Source: a virus (Duplodnaviria; Caudoviricetes). From it: 57,932 nt of DNA. This document shows, one piece after another, positions 1-9,852 of the stretch. A program made the translations under genes and the position numbers. The first letter of the stretch is position 1, and the number at the start of each line of letters is the position of its first letter. Below the pieces are notes generated by a model that did not search any database, had not been told where the DNA came from, and saw only the letters and a list, made by a program, of their open reading frames with translations. The stretch is taken from the IMG/VR virus record IMGVR_UViG_3300027772_000031, positions 1 to 57,932 of that record. One strand, written 5' to 3'.

Positions 1-583
1 TGCTTGGAAAATATTCATTAACTTTTTTTAAATACTTATTTGGATCTCCGTAACCAGCCATTCCCATCATAATGTATTCTTCTTGATTTGGCATTAACCC
101 TATAAGCTGAGTAAATGCGGAATAAAATAAACCAAAACTAATTGGATAATTTTGTTTATACTTAAGTTTAATTTTTTCTCCTTCTCCAACCCAAATAGTT
201 GAAGTATTATATTCTCCTATTGCATCAAGTACAACAATAACGGCGTTATTAAAAGAACTAGTATAGTATCCTGCTGCAGCATGAGAGTAATGATGGCTAA
301 ATGATTTTCTAGGTATTCCTGGCAAAAGAAATCTTGGCTTCCAGTCTCCTGCGCCACCACTTATAAATAGCCTAGAGGCCTTTAGAAGCGGTTTCTCATA
401 GTAGGCTACATAATCAGGTACACCATAAGACAAAGCATCCTTAATTAAACTATCATTGACATACCAGTCATTTTTTTTCTTGCTGTATCTTTCTGAATGC
501 CCAGCAAATAAGATCTCTCCATCTTTAATTAAAGATACAGATGCATCATGAGATGTTTCATTTATTCCTAAGATTATTGGCAT
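1..583 (-). CDS. Carbamoyltransferase, NodU/CmcH family, N-terminal part (runs off the window edge)
   Basis: Not in the ORF track; translated by hand from ATG at 583: MPIILGINETSHDASVSLIKDGEILFAGHSERYSKKKND...HHYSHAAAGYYTS...VVLDAIGE...SFGLFYSAFT...EEYIMMGMAGYG. These are the Kae1-like motifs of CmcH/NodU. Start overlaps the upstream stop (TAATG). Confidence 0.92.
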   Translation of the reverse strand, partial: MPIILGINETSHDASVSLIKDGEILFAGHSERYSKKKNDWYVNDSLIKDALSYGVPDYVAYYEKPLLKASRLFISGGAGDWKPRFLLPGIPRKSFSHHYSHAAAGYYTSSFNNAVIVVLDAIGEYNTSTIWVGEGEKIKLKYKQNYPISFGLFYSAFTQLIGLMPNQEEYIMMGMAGYGDPNKYLKKVNEYFPS

Positions 584-1563
584 TATGTGCTCATCTGCTT
601 AATAAATTCTTCTGCCCAGTGTATGTGTTTATGTGCTCCATAATGACCATATTGAGAATTTAAATTATTTATGTCGGTGTCAAAAGCAAGATCAAAATTA
701 TTTCCATATTTTATTTTTTCTGATTGGTGGCATATCTCTTGGTTTTGACAAGGCTTTCCTGTATCCATACACAAATCTTTTTCAATTTTGTTTTTATGTA
801 TAAATATTCTTCTTGAATCCTCTATTTTTTGATGCCACAAATTATTTTTTAAGGGTATAAAATTTTTAAAAGATAATTTATTGTTTATAATATAATCTTC
901 TTGTTCTTCAACCCATGTTCCCCACAAAAAATTAATCCCAGATTCTTTACAATACATTTCTAAAAATTTTATATACTGCAGAGACAACGCAAATGTTAAC
1001 TCCTTTGGAATAATATTATTTGCATCATGTGGCTGTTGTGATATTCTTGCGTAATCTTCATGCTCATTCAAAAGCAAATGATAATTCTGTTTTCCTAATG
1101 TATTTATCTTAGGAGACCCTGGACGGCGGCCATCTTTGCTTGAGCTCATGTGACTGCCTTCCGAATACATTTCCATTCTTAAAAAATCTGGGAATAGGCA
1201 TAGCAAATTTTTAGGATTTCCAAATTCTTTAAAATAATTAAATAAATTATTTACAATAAATTGAACAGAAGCTCCAGAAGCACCTAAATTAAATGCTTTA
1301 ATATTTAAACTGGATGCAACAAGGTTTCCCCAAATTGCTTCTTCCACAACCCCTTCTCCATAAGTCATAGAGCACCCAGAGAATACAAGGTCCGCATTAC
1401 TTTCAAATTCTTTTGATCGATATGAGTATTTATTTACAGAGTAAACATCTTTATTTTCGTTAGGGTCCCATGCTATGCGATCATAAGCATGCTGTATTTG
1501 TGGTCCGCCCACTAATCCAGGACGTGCCTCATTCCAGTTCCAGTCATCGCTGAATATACTCAT
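583..1563 (-). CDS. SGNH/GDSL hydrolase-like protein
   Basis: YRSKEF, LVFSGCSMTYGEG (block I-like), NLGASGAS (block II-like), C-terminal HYGAHKHIH. Paralogous to 1647..2609. Confidence 0.65.
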   Translation of the reverse strand: MSIFSDDWNWNEARPGLVGGPQIQHAYDRIAWDPNENKDVYSVNKYSYRSKEFESNADLVFSGCSMTYGEGVVEEAIWGNLVASSLNIKAFNLGASGASVQFIVNNLFNYFKEFGNPKNLLCLFPDFLRMEMYSEGSHMSSSKDGRRPGSPKINTLGKQNYHLLLNEHEDYARISQQPHDANNIIPKELTFALSLQYIKFLEMYCKESGINFLWGTWVEEQEDYIINNKLSFKNFIPLKNNLWHQKIEDSRRIFIHKNKIEKDLCMDTGKPCQNQEICHQSEKIKYGNNFDLAFDTDINNLNSQYGHYGAHKHIHWAEEFIKQMST

Positions 1564-1650
1564 TTAGTAAATAAACCTAGGCCTATCATCATCTTTTTTT
1601 CTACGAAACTTTAACTTTATTTTATATATAAAATATTTAAATGCTATCAT
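1564..1650 (-). CDS. 28-aa basic micro-protein (MIAFKYFIYKIKLKFRRKKDDDRPRFIY)
   Basis: Hand-translated. Fills the gap exactly, with an ATGA overlap upstream and TAA abutting the next ATG. Confidence 0.7.
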   Translation of the reverse strand: MIAFKYFIYKIKLKFRRKKDDDRPRFIY

Positions 1651-2609
1651 TGTAACCTACTAGATATATAATTGTATAGATCTTCTGCTGCATGTATGTG
1701 CCAGTGAAATCCATTATGTGCCCCTCTACCATTATTTTTTTTTCTATCTGCAGCAACATTAAATAACAACTCATTACTTAGATCAAGGTGACAATCTAAA
1801 CTGTTATAGTTACCATCAACCAAGATGTCGTTCTCTATTGTATTATTATCAAGCCAGAAGCTGGGGGTGTGGTAATTTTTGGGCACTCTGTACCACCCAT
1901 TTGCTTTTATCCAGCAATAATTTTTATGGTATCCAGGATATTTATCTTCAATTTGTTTAAAAAGGGACTCTTGGTATCCATGATTCCATACGCTCCAAAC
2001 AAAATTGATATTATTTGACTCACAGTATTGCTCTAGCATATCTATCATGATCGTATCATAAAAAAAAGCAATTTTATTTGATATAACTTCTTGAGGCGTA
2101 TACGGAGCTTTTGCATATCTTGCTAATTCATATTTATATAAATCTGCAGTCAAGACAAAATCTTTAATAGAACCAGGTGAGTTATACAGTTTTGCCTGCT
2201 TAGAATTGGATTCAGGGTTTTGCATTTCGTCTTCTAAATAAGGATAAGAAAACCTATGCATCGGGAATAAAGCTACAATATGTTTAGGGTTACCATATTT
2301 TTTAAAATAAAAAAAACATTTAGCTACTTGTATGGCTACTGAGTCTCCACCGACTGCCAAAGAAGAAAAACTTAGTCCTAGTTTTTCTGACAAAATATGA
2401 GGGTACGTTTTTTCTACAGGAAGGCCATCTCCTCTAGTAAACGAATCACCTAAAAATAAAATGTCAGATTTATTTTCAAATTCTTGGCTTCTATATCCTA
2501 AAGCATTTTTATGATATTCAATAGGGATAATGTCTTCGCTGTAATTTTCGTATCCTGCAAGATTAATATCTTGAAGTAAAAGATTTTCCCAATTATTTAA
2601 ACTATTCAT
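1647..2609 (-). CDS. SGNH/GDSL hydrolase-like protein
   Basis: GYRSQEF, ILFLGDSFTRGDG, SLAVGGDS, C-terminal HNGFHWHIH. Confidence 0.7.
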   Translation of the reverse strand: MNSLNNWENLLLQDINLAGYENYSEDIIPIEYHKNALGYRSQEFENKSDILFLGDSFTRGDGLPVEKTYPHILSEKLGLSFSSLAVGGDSVAIQVAKCFFYFKKYGNPKHIVALFPMHRFSYPYLEDEMQNPESNSKQAKLYNSPGSIKDFVLTADLYKYELARYAKAPYTPQEVISNKIAFFYDTIMIDMLEQYCESNNINFVWSVWNHGYQESLFKQIEDKYPGYHKNYCWIKANGWYRVPKNYHTPSFWLDNNTIENDILVDGNYNSLDCHLDLSNELLFNVAADRKKNNGRGAHNGFHWHIHAAEDLYNYISSRLQ

Positions 2610-2853
2610 TGTTTTCTCCTTTTAATGCTTTAACATTAGATTCAACTATCTGCTGCACATATTCAGAAAAATGTTTTCTTATAGATCCCATCGGCCTTGA
2701 TCCGTACGATTCCCAAATTCTTTTATATTCAAGCACATTGTAATAGCTTGTTGGGCATAGCGTATACCCATCATACTCTTTTAATGTTGAAGGTAGTGGG
2801 ACATGCTTGGTACAACATTTACACCTTTTTGCATTTTCTTGGTACATACTCAT
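2602..2853 (-). CDS. Hypothetical Cys-containing protein
   Basis: ORF overlapping both neighbours; CKCC...CP. Confidence 0.7.
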   Translation of the reverse strand: MSMYQENAKRCKCCTKHVPLPSTLKEYDGYTLCPTSYYNVLEYKRIWESYGSRPMGSIRKHFSEYVQQIVESNVKALKGENNE

Positions 2854-4649
2854 ATTATTTCCATATTCTCTAGCGATGCAGATAAAGATTCGGGTATCCT
2901 GGGTGCTCGAATCATGTTTTGAACATATTCTTTTTCTTTTGTTATTCCAAAATCATTATCATAACTCATAGATTCATAGTCATGTATTTTAATTTCCTCA
3001 TCACGCTTTATTCTAGTTCTACTGATTGAATTATATATAGCCCCGCACACGGCATCTGACAAATCCTTTGAACCTTTTCTTGGGTGGTCCACCTTATCTC
3101 TATTAATTTTAAGCTGAAGTAATTCATCAATTAAAAGCGGAATATGTGGTCCAGACACTCTTTCTTCTAGTACTACCATTGCCATGTCATCATAGTGTTT
3201 TTTTCCAACAGACAAAATTTCTGTATTAATACCATACGCCTTTAGCTGTTGCATCATGTCGTGAGAGTTCCACCTATCGAATGTACACACTTTAATATTA
3301 AAACCTAATGTTCTTAGCGATAGGATGTAGTCTTTTACTTCAGTAAAATCTACAGACTTAGATGGGGTTGGAGTCCAAAATCTAACTGCGTCAATTTCTA
3401 CAATTGGTGCTGGTTGTGAGTAAGTATCTGTTACCTTAATATCTACCCACTTATTTACATGGGCCATAGCAACTGCACAATGGTCATGCTTTTGCGCTAA
3501 GTCTACGTGTAAAAAATATTCTTTTTCTTCTTCTGGCTTAAACCAATTTTCTAATCTTCCAAATTGGTCTACTGCCAGGTTCATTTTATTAAATGCTTTT
3601 TCAATTTTTTCCCTTGATTTAAAAAATGCATCTACTGCCTCTGTTGGCATACAAGCAAATCGGCCCAGGGCGTCTGCTGAATTTTTATGAAATGCAACTG
3701 TAAAATCTGTTATATTTTTAGTAGGATTGACTTCCCAGGTGGGTCTTTTTAGTGCAAATACTTTTGGGTACACATAAGACAAGATGTGATCTTCTTCCCA
3801 AGATACTTCAAACTCATTTCCTTCCGTGTTATCTGGAAGGTCCTGATTTAATTTTAATAATTGAGTTCTTAATATTACTTCTTTATTTGCAATTACAGAC
3901 TCATAAAACTTTTGAATTGGATCGTTTTTAAATCTAGGGAAAGATAATAATATAACTTTACCAAAATCTGGAAAACGAGAATCAACTGATGCTCTATACA
4001 TATCATATATTGCCTCTGCGGTTTTTGCTTGATCATGCCCAGATGTGCTTTCCGTAGCAAAACCAGATATTTCATCTAGGATTACAGCAATTACATTGTA
4101 GCCTTCCCAAGCCTCTCTTTCCGAGTGTCCAGAGTGTACTGTTATTGATTTATCAAATTTAATTTCAGAAGCCTTATCTGTATACTTGCCAGCAAACCAT
4201 GGAGAGTTTTCAATTCTCATTTTGAATCCTTTAAAAAATACATTGTTAGCTTGCTGAGCGTTAATGGCAATATTTAAAATATCAATAGCGTCTCTGGGAG
4301 GTTTTCCATAATATACTGCTGGGTCTCTTAAACAAAGAAGCAAATATACCATGTAAGCAACAGCAATAGTAGAGCAATAGTCTTTTCCAGATCCCTTACC
4401 AAGCTGCGCTACAACTTCTACACAGGTTTGCTTAAATATTTTTTTGCCTTGCTCCTCACCGTATATATTAATAAGAGTTGACTCTTTATATATCTGAGAG
4501 CTTTTTTCAATTAATAAATACTGATACTCTGATAGTGGGGGCAAACCCAGGTATTGTGCATTAGTAACAAACGTTTGTAAATCTACTGGTTTTTCTTCAA
4601 ACTCATCACCATCTAGGATTTCTATAAAATCTGAAAAATCAAGGGACAT
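2850..4649 (-). CDS. terL: Terminase large subunit
   Basis: Walker A-like LGKGSGKD, Walker B VILDEI, nuclease motifs HVDLA, TFDRWNS and DHPRKGSKDLSDA. Start moved to ATG 4649 (AAGGAA upstream). Confidence 0.93.
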   Translation of the reverse strand: MSLDFSDFIEILDGDEFEEKPVDLQTFVTNAQYLGLPPLSEYQYLLIEKSSQIYKESTLINIYGEEQGKKIFKQTCVEVVAQLGKGSGKDYCSTIAVAYMVYLLLCLRDPAVYYGKPPRDAIDILNIAINAQQANNVFFKGFKMRIENSPWFAGKYTDKASEIKFDKSITVHSGHSEREAWEGYNVIAVILDEISGFATESTSGHDQAKTAEAIYDMYRASVDSRFPDFGKVILLSFPRFKNDPIQKFYESVIANKEVILRTQLLKLNQDLPDNTEGNEFEVSWEEDHILSYVYPKVFALKRPTWEVNPTKNITDFTVAFHKNSADALGRFACMPTEAVDAFFKSREKIEKAFNKMNLAVDQFGRLENWFKPEEEKEYFLHVDLAQKHDHCAVAMAHVNKWVDIKVTDTYSQPAPIVEIDAVRFWTPTPSKSVDFTEVKDYILSLRTLGFNIKVCTFDRWNSHDMMQQLKAYGINTEILSVGKKHYDDMAMVVLEERVSGPHIPLLIDELLQLKINRDKVDHPRKGSKDLSDAVCGAIYNSISRTRIKRDEEIKIHDYESMSYDNDFGITKEKEYVQNMIRAPRIPESLSASLENMEII

Positions 4650-5223
4650 AGTCAAATTCCTTTGGTACTTTAATATAATTAAAAAAATGATTTGAGTGAG
4701 AGTATCTAAATTCACTTTGTACTTCATTTACTTGATGCATACAATGCTTTTCTGAACTATGGATTACAAGATCCCCCTTTTTAGGCCTATAGGATATTCC
4801 TTGAGCTGCGTAGTAAAGATCTCCTCCTTCAAAATCATTAAAATATAAGATCAAGGCACTTATAATGTTTTCAGCTAATTTAAAATCTTGTCCATCTTTT
4901 AAATTAGCGCTGGCCTCTCTTACGGGCATAAAATCAAAACTGTCTGAGTGCCTTTTGCCAATTGCACCTTTTTTCATTCTTACTATACCTTTATCGGATC
5001 CTAAATATACTTCTTTATCAAGTAGAGATTTTACTCTATCATGGATTGGATTAAGTTCTTCTATTTTTTTAAGAGATCTTTCTTGCCCAGCAATGCCGAT
5101 CCACTTTTCATCTTCAATATTCTCTGCAACTTTGCACATCGTATTACATTCATCATCAGACATAAAATTATTATATACATATATATCTTCACCAAGCTTA
5201 TTAAATCCTTCAGTATTAAACAT
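4639..5223 (-). CDS. 2OG-Fe(II) oxygenase, prolyl 4-hydroxylase-like
   Basis: HSD...YFNDFEGGDL...HQV...RYS: facial triad plus 2OG-binding Arg. Confidence 0.88.
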   Translation of the reverse strand: MFNTEGFNKLGEDIYVYNNFMSDDECNTMCKVAENIEDEKWIGIAGQERSLKKIEELNPIHDRVKSLLDKEVYLGSDKGIVRMKKGAIGKRHSDSFDFMPVREASANLKDGQDFKLAENIISALILYFNDFEGGDLYYAAQGISYRPKKGDLVIHSSEKHCMHQVNEVQSEFRYSHSNHFFNYIKVPKEFDYVP

Positions 5224-5761
5224 CGGACACCTTCTGGGATTCTATTATTTCAATTGGCTCTACTATGCCAGTTATTTGAGAAAGCTTTTTCATAATTTCT
5301 CGTCTTACATCTGGGTAGTCTTTTGCAATATCCTTTAAAATTGAAACTAACAGTTCTTGTTTTCTTTCTGTTTCAAGAATTTGAGATGCAATTTGATTAT
5401 TTTCAAGAAGACCTACGGACTGCAACATGGCAATTCTTTTTGACTCTATATCTGCAATAAGCTTTAGGGTTCCAGATTTAACATTTAGTTGTCCCGCCTG
5501 ATCCGCATCCTCTACTGTTTTCCAAGCTTCTTTGATAAGCATTGCATAGTGTTGGTCTGCACCCATCAATGCTTCTTTAGCCCTATCTCTAACGCTGGTA
5601 TCGTTGTGTACTACGGCTTTCCATTCATCAATATATTCTAAAACTTCTTTTCTTGTAAATCCAGTAATAGTAGATATTTGGGTTGGGCTGTTACCTCTTA
5701 GAAGCTCTGAAACGACCTGATTCATTCTATCAAAATGCACTAATGGCTCTATTTCACTCAT
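5216..5761 (-). CDS. HTH protein, probable terminase small subunit
   Basis: N-terminal HTH-like segment (LLRGNSPTQISTITGFTRKEV), helical body, position upstream of terL. Confidence 0.55.
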   Translation of the reverse strand: MSEIEPLVHFDRMNQVVSELLRGNSPTQISTITGFTRKEVLEYIDEWKAVVHNDTSVRDRAKEALMGADQHYAMLIKEAWKTVEDADQAGQLNVKSGTLKLIADIESKRIAMLQSVGLLENNQIASQILETERKQELLVSILKDIAKDYPDVRREIMKKLSQITGIVEPIEIIESQKVSDV

Positions 5762-5767
5762 TTTATG

Positions 5768-5796
5768 ATTATACTTCTAGTCAACTAAAAAGTCAA
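5768..5796 (-). promoter_or_regulatory. sigma70/SigA-type promoter, leaderless
   Basis: TTGACT-17 nt-TATAAT, with the ATG at 5761 starting 6 nt after the -10. Confidence 0.8.
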
Positions 5797-5943
5797 TTAA
5801 CGCTTGACCTTTAATTTAAATTTGTCTATATATCTCTGTATGGTCATGGCGGATACTCCGCATTCGATCCCAATTTCTACAATATTCTTTTTTTGAACCA
5901 CATATCTGCTATACAGCCAATTCTTATCTTGATAAAGCTTCAT
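5797..5943 (-). CDS. Small HTH DNA-binding protein (48 aa)
   Basis: Hand-translated MKLYQDKNWLYSRYVVQKKNIVEIGIECGVSAMTIQRYIDKFKLKVKR; GAGGTGG RBS. Confidence 0.75.
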   Translation of the reverse strand: MKLYQDKNWLYSRYVVQKKNIVEIGIECGVSAMTIQRYIDKFKLKVKR

Positions 5944-5967
5944 CTTTTCCACCTCATATTTATTATA

Positions 5968-6534
5968 CTACCTTTTAGTAAGAACCTCATTAGAATAATA
6001 GGCAATTCCAAATGAGTCTGCCACGTCAAAATCCGATAGGCTTAAGTTATATTTTTTATTAAAATAATCTACAGTTCTTTGCTTCCTCATATTACGTAAT
6101 TGATTTTTATACCAGGAGTCTGCATATCCTGGGTTAGCCAATCTTATTGCAGATTTTTCATCCTTTGTCGGATTTTTGTTGCCAATGTACGCCTGCCAAG
6201 AGGATGGGCTAATAGTAATAACCTTAGCACCAGTAGACATAAGCTCAGCAATAACAACTCCATAGACATAAGACAATTTTATCACAGCATCGGGTGATCT
6301 GACAAGTATGGCACCCTCTACCGCAATATAATCACTTTTTAGGTCTTCAAGCATTAAGCTCATTCTAACTTTAGCATTATATATCTTTTCATAAATATCT
6401 TGCCCAACTAGGTCTATCTTCCCCCATTTTAACGGGACATTGTTTTCCATTAAACAAAAAGCTATAGAGCTTGTCGAAGCATCTATTCCGAGAACCCTAG
6501 AGGCTTTTGTTTTTACTAGGCTAGCCAATGTCAT
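5968..6534 (-). CDS. ruvC: RuvC-like Holliday junction resolvase
   Basis: VLGIDAS, IAVEG and DVADSFGIA acidic motifs. Confidence 0.85.
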   Translation of the reverse strand: MTLASLVKTKASRVLGIDASTSSIAFCLMENNVPLKWGKIDLVGQDIYEKIYNAKVRMSLMLEDLKSDYIAVEGAILVRSPDAVIKLSYVYGVVIAELMSTGAKVITISPSSWQAYIGNKNPTKDEKSAIRLANPGYADSWYKNQLRNMRKQRTVDYFNKKYNLSLSDFDVADSFGIAYYSNEVLTKR

Positions 6535-6799
6535 CGATTATACCCATTAGTCTAGAGTGGTGTTTCTTTTTCATTTTTTTAATGCATAAAGAGCATATCT
6601 TATTGTCGTTATACCTACTAAGATATTCTGGGCAACTTTTGCACTTTCTTTTTTCTCCAGCTCTTATTGCTTTTTTTTCATAATACTTTTCCATGATTCT
6701 TTTATTTGTTGCAACCCTACAACAGTTGTCACAACAATATTTTTGATTATGAGTTTGTGCCTCAAAATCTTTTTTACATTCTTTGTTAGCGCATATCAT
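6521..6799 (-). CDS. Zn-finger protein
   Basis: CANKEC, YCCDNC, CKSC and CSLC motifs. Confidence 0.7.
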   Translation of the reverse strand: MICANKECKKDFEAQTHNQKYCCDNCCRVATNKRIMEKYYEKKAIRAGEKRKCKSCPEYLSRYNDNKICSLCIKKMKKKHHSRLMGIIDDIG

Positions 6800-7587
6800 A
6801 TATGGCTAACCTTCATTAATTCTATATCTACCGTCCCAGGGTCGGATGACTTATCCCAACAATCTTTTTTAATTGGGCAATATGTGCATGGCAATTTATA
6901 CTTTGTTGCACCTTCTGGCCTTGTAGGCATTTCATTATTATTAAAATTATCCCACACCAATTTCATCCATTCAAAAGCATCTTCAATGATTTTCTTGTTT
7001 TTATCATTCATTGAAACTGGTATAACTATAATTTCTTGTGTATTTTTATTTTCATACATAAAAAATCCTTCTTTAGCATTCTTTAATTTCATGTATGTTA
7101 ATAGCTGAAGTAGATGATTGTCTGTTGGCTTCATTTCGGCCTGTCTGGCGTCCCACACTTCTTGCTTAGCTGTTTTTATTTCACCAATGACAGTTTCACC
7201 ATCATACTCCATGACCAGATCAATAAATCCTCTAACTGGTGGATACTCATTAATAATTTCTTCTTCTTCGGCCCTCCACTCTGGCATAGTGGCAATTAAT
7301 TTTTGAAGTCTTTCGTGAGCTTGAGTTCCTTGTGCCATATTGGCAACTGCTACGGCATCATTGTTGTCAATAAAAACTGCTCCCGAAAAAGCCATATACC
7401 AATATCTTGGACAAGTGCCATGACCAAATCCAAGAAGGCTGGGGCTAAATGATTTCTTTGTCATTTCTCCGTCTGCACGTTTTGTATTTCGATACGACTC
7501 ATCAAGTAAGCTGGCAAAAAGCTCTGGGTCAAAATACTTTCCAGTATGCTTTTTAAATTTAAGGTTCTTTACAATATCTCTAGCCAT
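6796..7587 (-). CDS. Cas4-like PD-(D/E)XK exonuclease (likely 4Fe-4S)
   Basis: CPR, GTQAHE, GFID...EIKT, QLLTY and C-terminal CTYCPIKKDC. Confidence 0.85.
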   Translation of the reverse strand: MARDIVKNLKFKKHTGKYFDPELFASLLDESYRNTKRADGEMTKKSFSPSLLGFGHGTCPRYWYMAFSGAVFIDNNDAVAVANMAQGTQAHERLQKLIATMPEWRAEEEEIINEYPPVRGFIDLVMEYDGETVIGEIKTAKQEVWDARQAEMKPTDNHLLQLLTYMKLKNAKEGFFMYENKNTQEIIVIPVSMNDKNKKIIEDAFEWMKLVWDNFNNNEMPTRPEGATKYKLPCTYCPIKKDCWDKSSDPGTVDIELMKVSHI

Positions 7588-7926
7588 TTATGAGTTATAT
7601 CTAACGACATACTTAAGTGCATCTACAAGTTTGTCTATGGACTCCTTTACTGAATAGTAAATATTCTTTTTATTATTGTTTACTGTTCCTGCTTTATCTT
7701 TAGCAATTGTAGAATACACAGAAGCCAGCACGGCAAACTTAGTAGACATTGCTTGAAGCTCCATAATTAAATGTGGGGCTTTTGCAGATGGAACATCTGG
7801 ATTCATTAAAAGTTTTACCACAATAGCCAGCGCTTTATCTAGGTGTTCATCTTTCATAAATTCATGAAGGTCGTTGAACTCCGTAATATCACTAATTAGC
7901 TCTAAAGTATTTTTATCATTTGTCAT
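7588..7926 (-). CDS. Hypothetical protein
   Basis: ORF abutting both neighbours. Confidence 0.75.
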   Translation of the reverse strand: MTNDKNTLELISDITEFNDLHEFMKDEHLDKALAIVVKLLMNPDVPSAKAPHLIMELQAMSTKFAVLASVYSTIAKDKAGTVNNNKKNIYYSVKESIDKLVDALKYVVRYNS

Positions 7927-8721
7927 TTAAAAAAATAACCTCCATATTCCATCGCATTGTACACCAAAACCTTGTAAAGTAATTCTTCTGTCGGTGGAAA
8001 ATGGTTTTACTGATCCCGCTGCTGCATGTATTTGTTGTCCAGTATGAACGATCATTTTTCCTGGTATGTGCTGCAGTACACCTGGTATTTTATTTAACAT
8101 TTTATAATCTAAATATTCAGAGTTTGTTTCCCTTTCATAATAGTTATATCCTTTATATATTTCTGCAATTTCACCTTCCATATAGTAACCAAGATCTGGC
8201 TGATCCCAAAGCAAGAGCGCTGCGCCGTGTTCTGGCATTTCAATGGCAAGCGTATAACTTATAGATTCTGGATTAATATTTTTATACTTACTCCAAATAT
8301 AATCTAGAAAATAAGTCTGCCCATCAGAATGAATTTGGCAGGCGCCAGACAGCGGGAGCCTCTCTTCTTTTTTAATATTATTTGGCTTTGCTTCACCATG
8401 GATAAAAAATCCTGGGATTGGGGCCTCGTCTATAATTAACTCACATTCTCCAAGCTTATTACTTAGTGCTTCTAATATTTTTTTATATAGATCTGGAAAA
8501 TTTTTTCTTAAAAGATTGTTGTTGTACTTAATTTTATCCAACAGATCGCTATTAACTGGCTTGTCTGGCTTTATGTCTGCATGAGTTGCCAAGCCTAGCG
8601 TGTAAAAATGAGTAGCCCATTCGGGTCTTCTTGCCCACTCAGAACTTAAACGGTCAATGGTTTGAGCATAGACTTTGCATTCATCTTCAGACAATACATC
8701 AATAACAAAATGCTCAATCAT
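7927..8721 (-). CDS. Divergent 2OG-Fe(II) oxygenase
   Basis: QIHSDG...QIHAAAG...DRRITLQG (HxD...H...R). Start moved to ATG 8721. Confidence 0.7.
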   Translation of the reverse strand: MIEHFVIDVLSEDECKVYAQTIDRLSSEWARRPEWATHFYTLGLATHADIKPDKPVNSDLLDKIKYNNNLLRKNFPDLYKKILEALSNKLGECELIIDEAPIPGFFIHGEAKPNNIKKEERLPLSGACQIHSDGQTYFLDYIWSKYKNINPESISYTLAIEMPEHGAALLLWDQPDLGYYMEGEIAEIYKGYNYYERETNSEYLDYKMLNKIPGVLQHIPGKMIVHTGQQIHAAAGSVKPFSTDRRITLQGFGVQCDGIWRLFF

Positions 8722-8722
8722 T

Positions 8723-8863
8723 TTACGCTTGTGACCCCTGAGCTTTCTTTTTTTTACCGTAGGCACCTAGGTCGGCTTTTATTGTTCCATCTTTTCTGAC
8801 CCTAACAATTCTACCATTTTTAATAACAGTAGGATTAAAAGGTATTTTATTATTCGATCCCAT
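8723..8863 (-). CDS. Small basic protein (46 aa)
   Basis: Hand-translated MGSNNKIPFNPTVIKNGRIVRVRKDGTIKADLGAYGKKKKAQGSQA; fills the gap and is coupled to both neighbours. Confidence 0.7.
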   Translation of the reverse strand: MGSNNKIPFNPTVIKNGRIVRVRKDGTIKADLGAYGKKKKAQGSQA

Positions 8864-9551
8864 CTTGGCCCCTTACGTGTAGATTAAATTTGTCAACTTG
8901 GTGCTGACCAATTTTATTTCCAAAAGCATCTGTACCAGCTTTATAGAATTTTGGTTTAATTCCTTCAGCATTTAACTTTTTTATTTCGCTTACATAACTC
9001 ACCTGGGCGTGATAATCATCTCCTGCAAAAGATTTATCTTTAATGTTAATTACAGAGTTGTTTATATCCGATACATTTATTGGTAATACACAGGCAACAT
9101 CTGTTCCAGCTGGTATGGTGTAGATCTTGGTATCGTATAGTTTTAAAACTAATGGAAATGGTGCTCTAAAAAAAGAAGATGTTAGCAGGGTTGTAACAAC
9201 ATCATAATCTTTTCTTTTATCCGATAAATTATTTGGAACTTCCATGGTCAGCAATGAAACATCAATATCGGTTTCAAATATGAGATTAGTAACTAAACTT
9301 ACAGTTCCTTCTCCCCTTCCCTCCCAAACCATTCCAGTTTTAGTTATTTCTTTTGCTGGCTCGTGAAGCTTTCCGCTCCAACAAAAACTTATATCCTCAT
9401 CATAATATAGCCCATATCCAAAAGAATTAGCTGAAACTATCGGGTAACAGCTGTATGTTTCAGGATTCATCCAGCCTCGTTGAGGCTTGAGTTGTCTAAT
9501 CTTAAAAGATTTTTTATTTTTATTTCCAGTTCTTACTACAATATTATACAT
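8850..9551 (-). CDS. DUF6065-like protein
   Basis: RGWMNPETYSCYPIVSANSFGY matches the R-x-WM...Y-x-C-x-P...N-x-x-G motif. Paralogue of 52751..53452. Confidence 0.65.
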   Translation of the reverse strand: MYNIVVRTGNKNKKSFKIRQLKPQRGWMNPETYSCYPIVSANSFGYGLYYDEDISFCWSGKLHEPAKEITKTGMVWEGRGEGTVSLVTNLIFETDIDVSLLTMEVPNNLSDKRKDYDVVTTLLTSSFFRAPFPLVLKLYDTKIYTIPAGTDVACVLPINVSDINNSVINIKDKSFAGDDYHAQVSYVSEIKKLNAEGIKPKFYKAGTDAFGNKIGQHQVDKFNLHVRGQDGIE

Positions 9552-9852
9552 TTTTTTTCTCCCAAAAATTAATTAATTCTTCAAGAACGGTCCACTCTAT
9601 AATTCCAAGCCTGACCTTTGACTCATCCCCTATAATAATTTTTAATGCTGGGTGCATATTTCTGCTTACCTTAAAAGTATCTGTACAAATCTTTGCCCAG
9701 TTATCCTTGTTTAGTGTAAATGATGAGCTAGCCTCTTTATAGTCTACTAAAAACTGTCTCCATTGTGCGTCACCCTTTTGATAATCTCCACGTCCAGAAT
9801 TTTTCTGAGCTTTGGCGCCATCTCGCTTTACTTCAGATCTTTCAGACATCAT
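9544..9852 (-). CDS. Hjc-like PD-(D/E)XK resolvase/endonuclease
   Basis: E...NSGRG...KGD...LVDYK pattern. Confidence 0.65.
   Translation of the reverse strand: MMSERSEVKRDGAKAQKNSGRGDYQKGDAQWRQFLVDYKEASSSFTLNKDNWAKICTDTFKVSRNMHPALKIIIGDESKVRLGIIEWTVLEELINFWEKKNV

Noticed and set aside
6796-7587. Cas4 as evidence of a CRISPR-Cas system
   Set aside because: No other cas genes or array; it sits among recombination genes, as solo phage Cas4-like exonucleases do.
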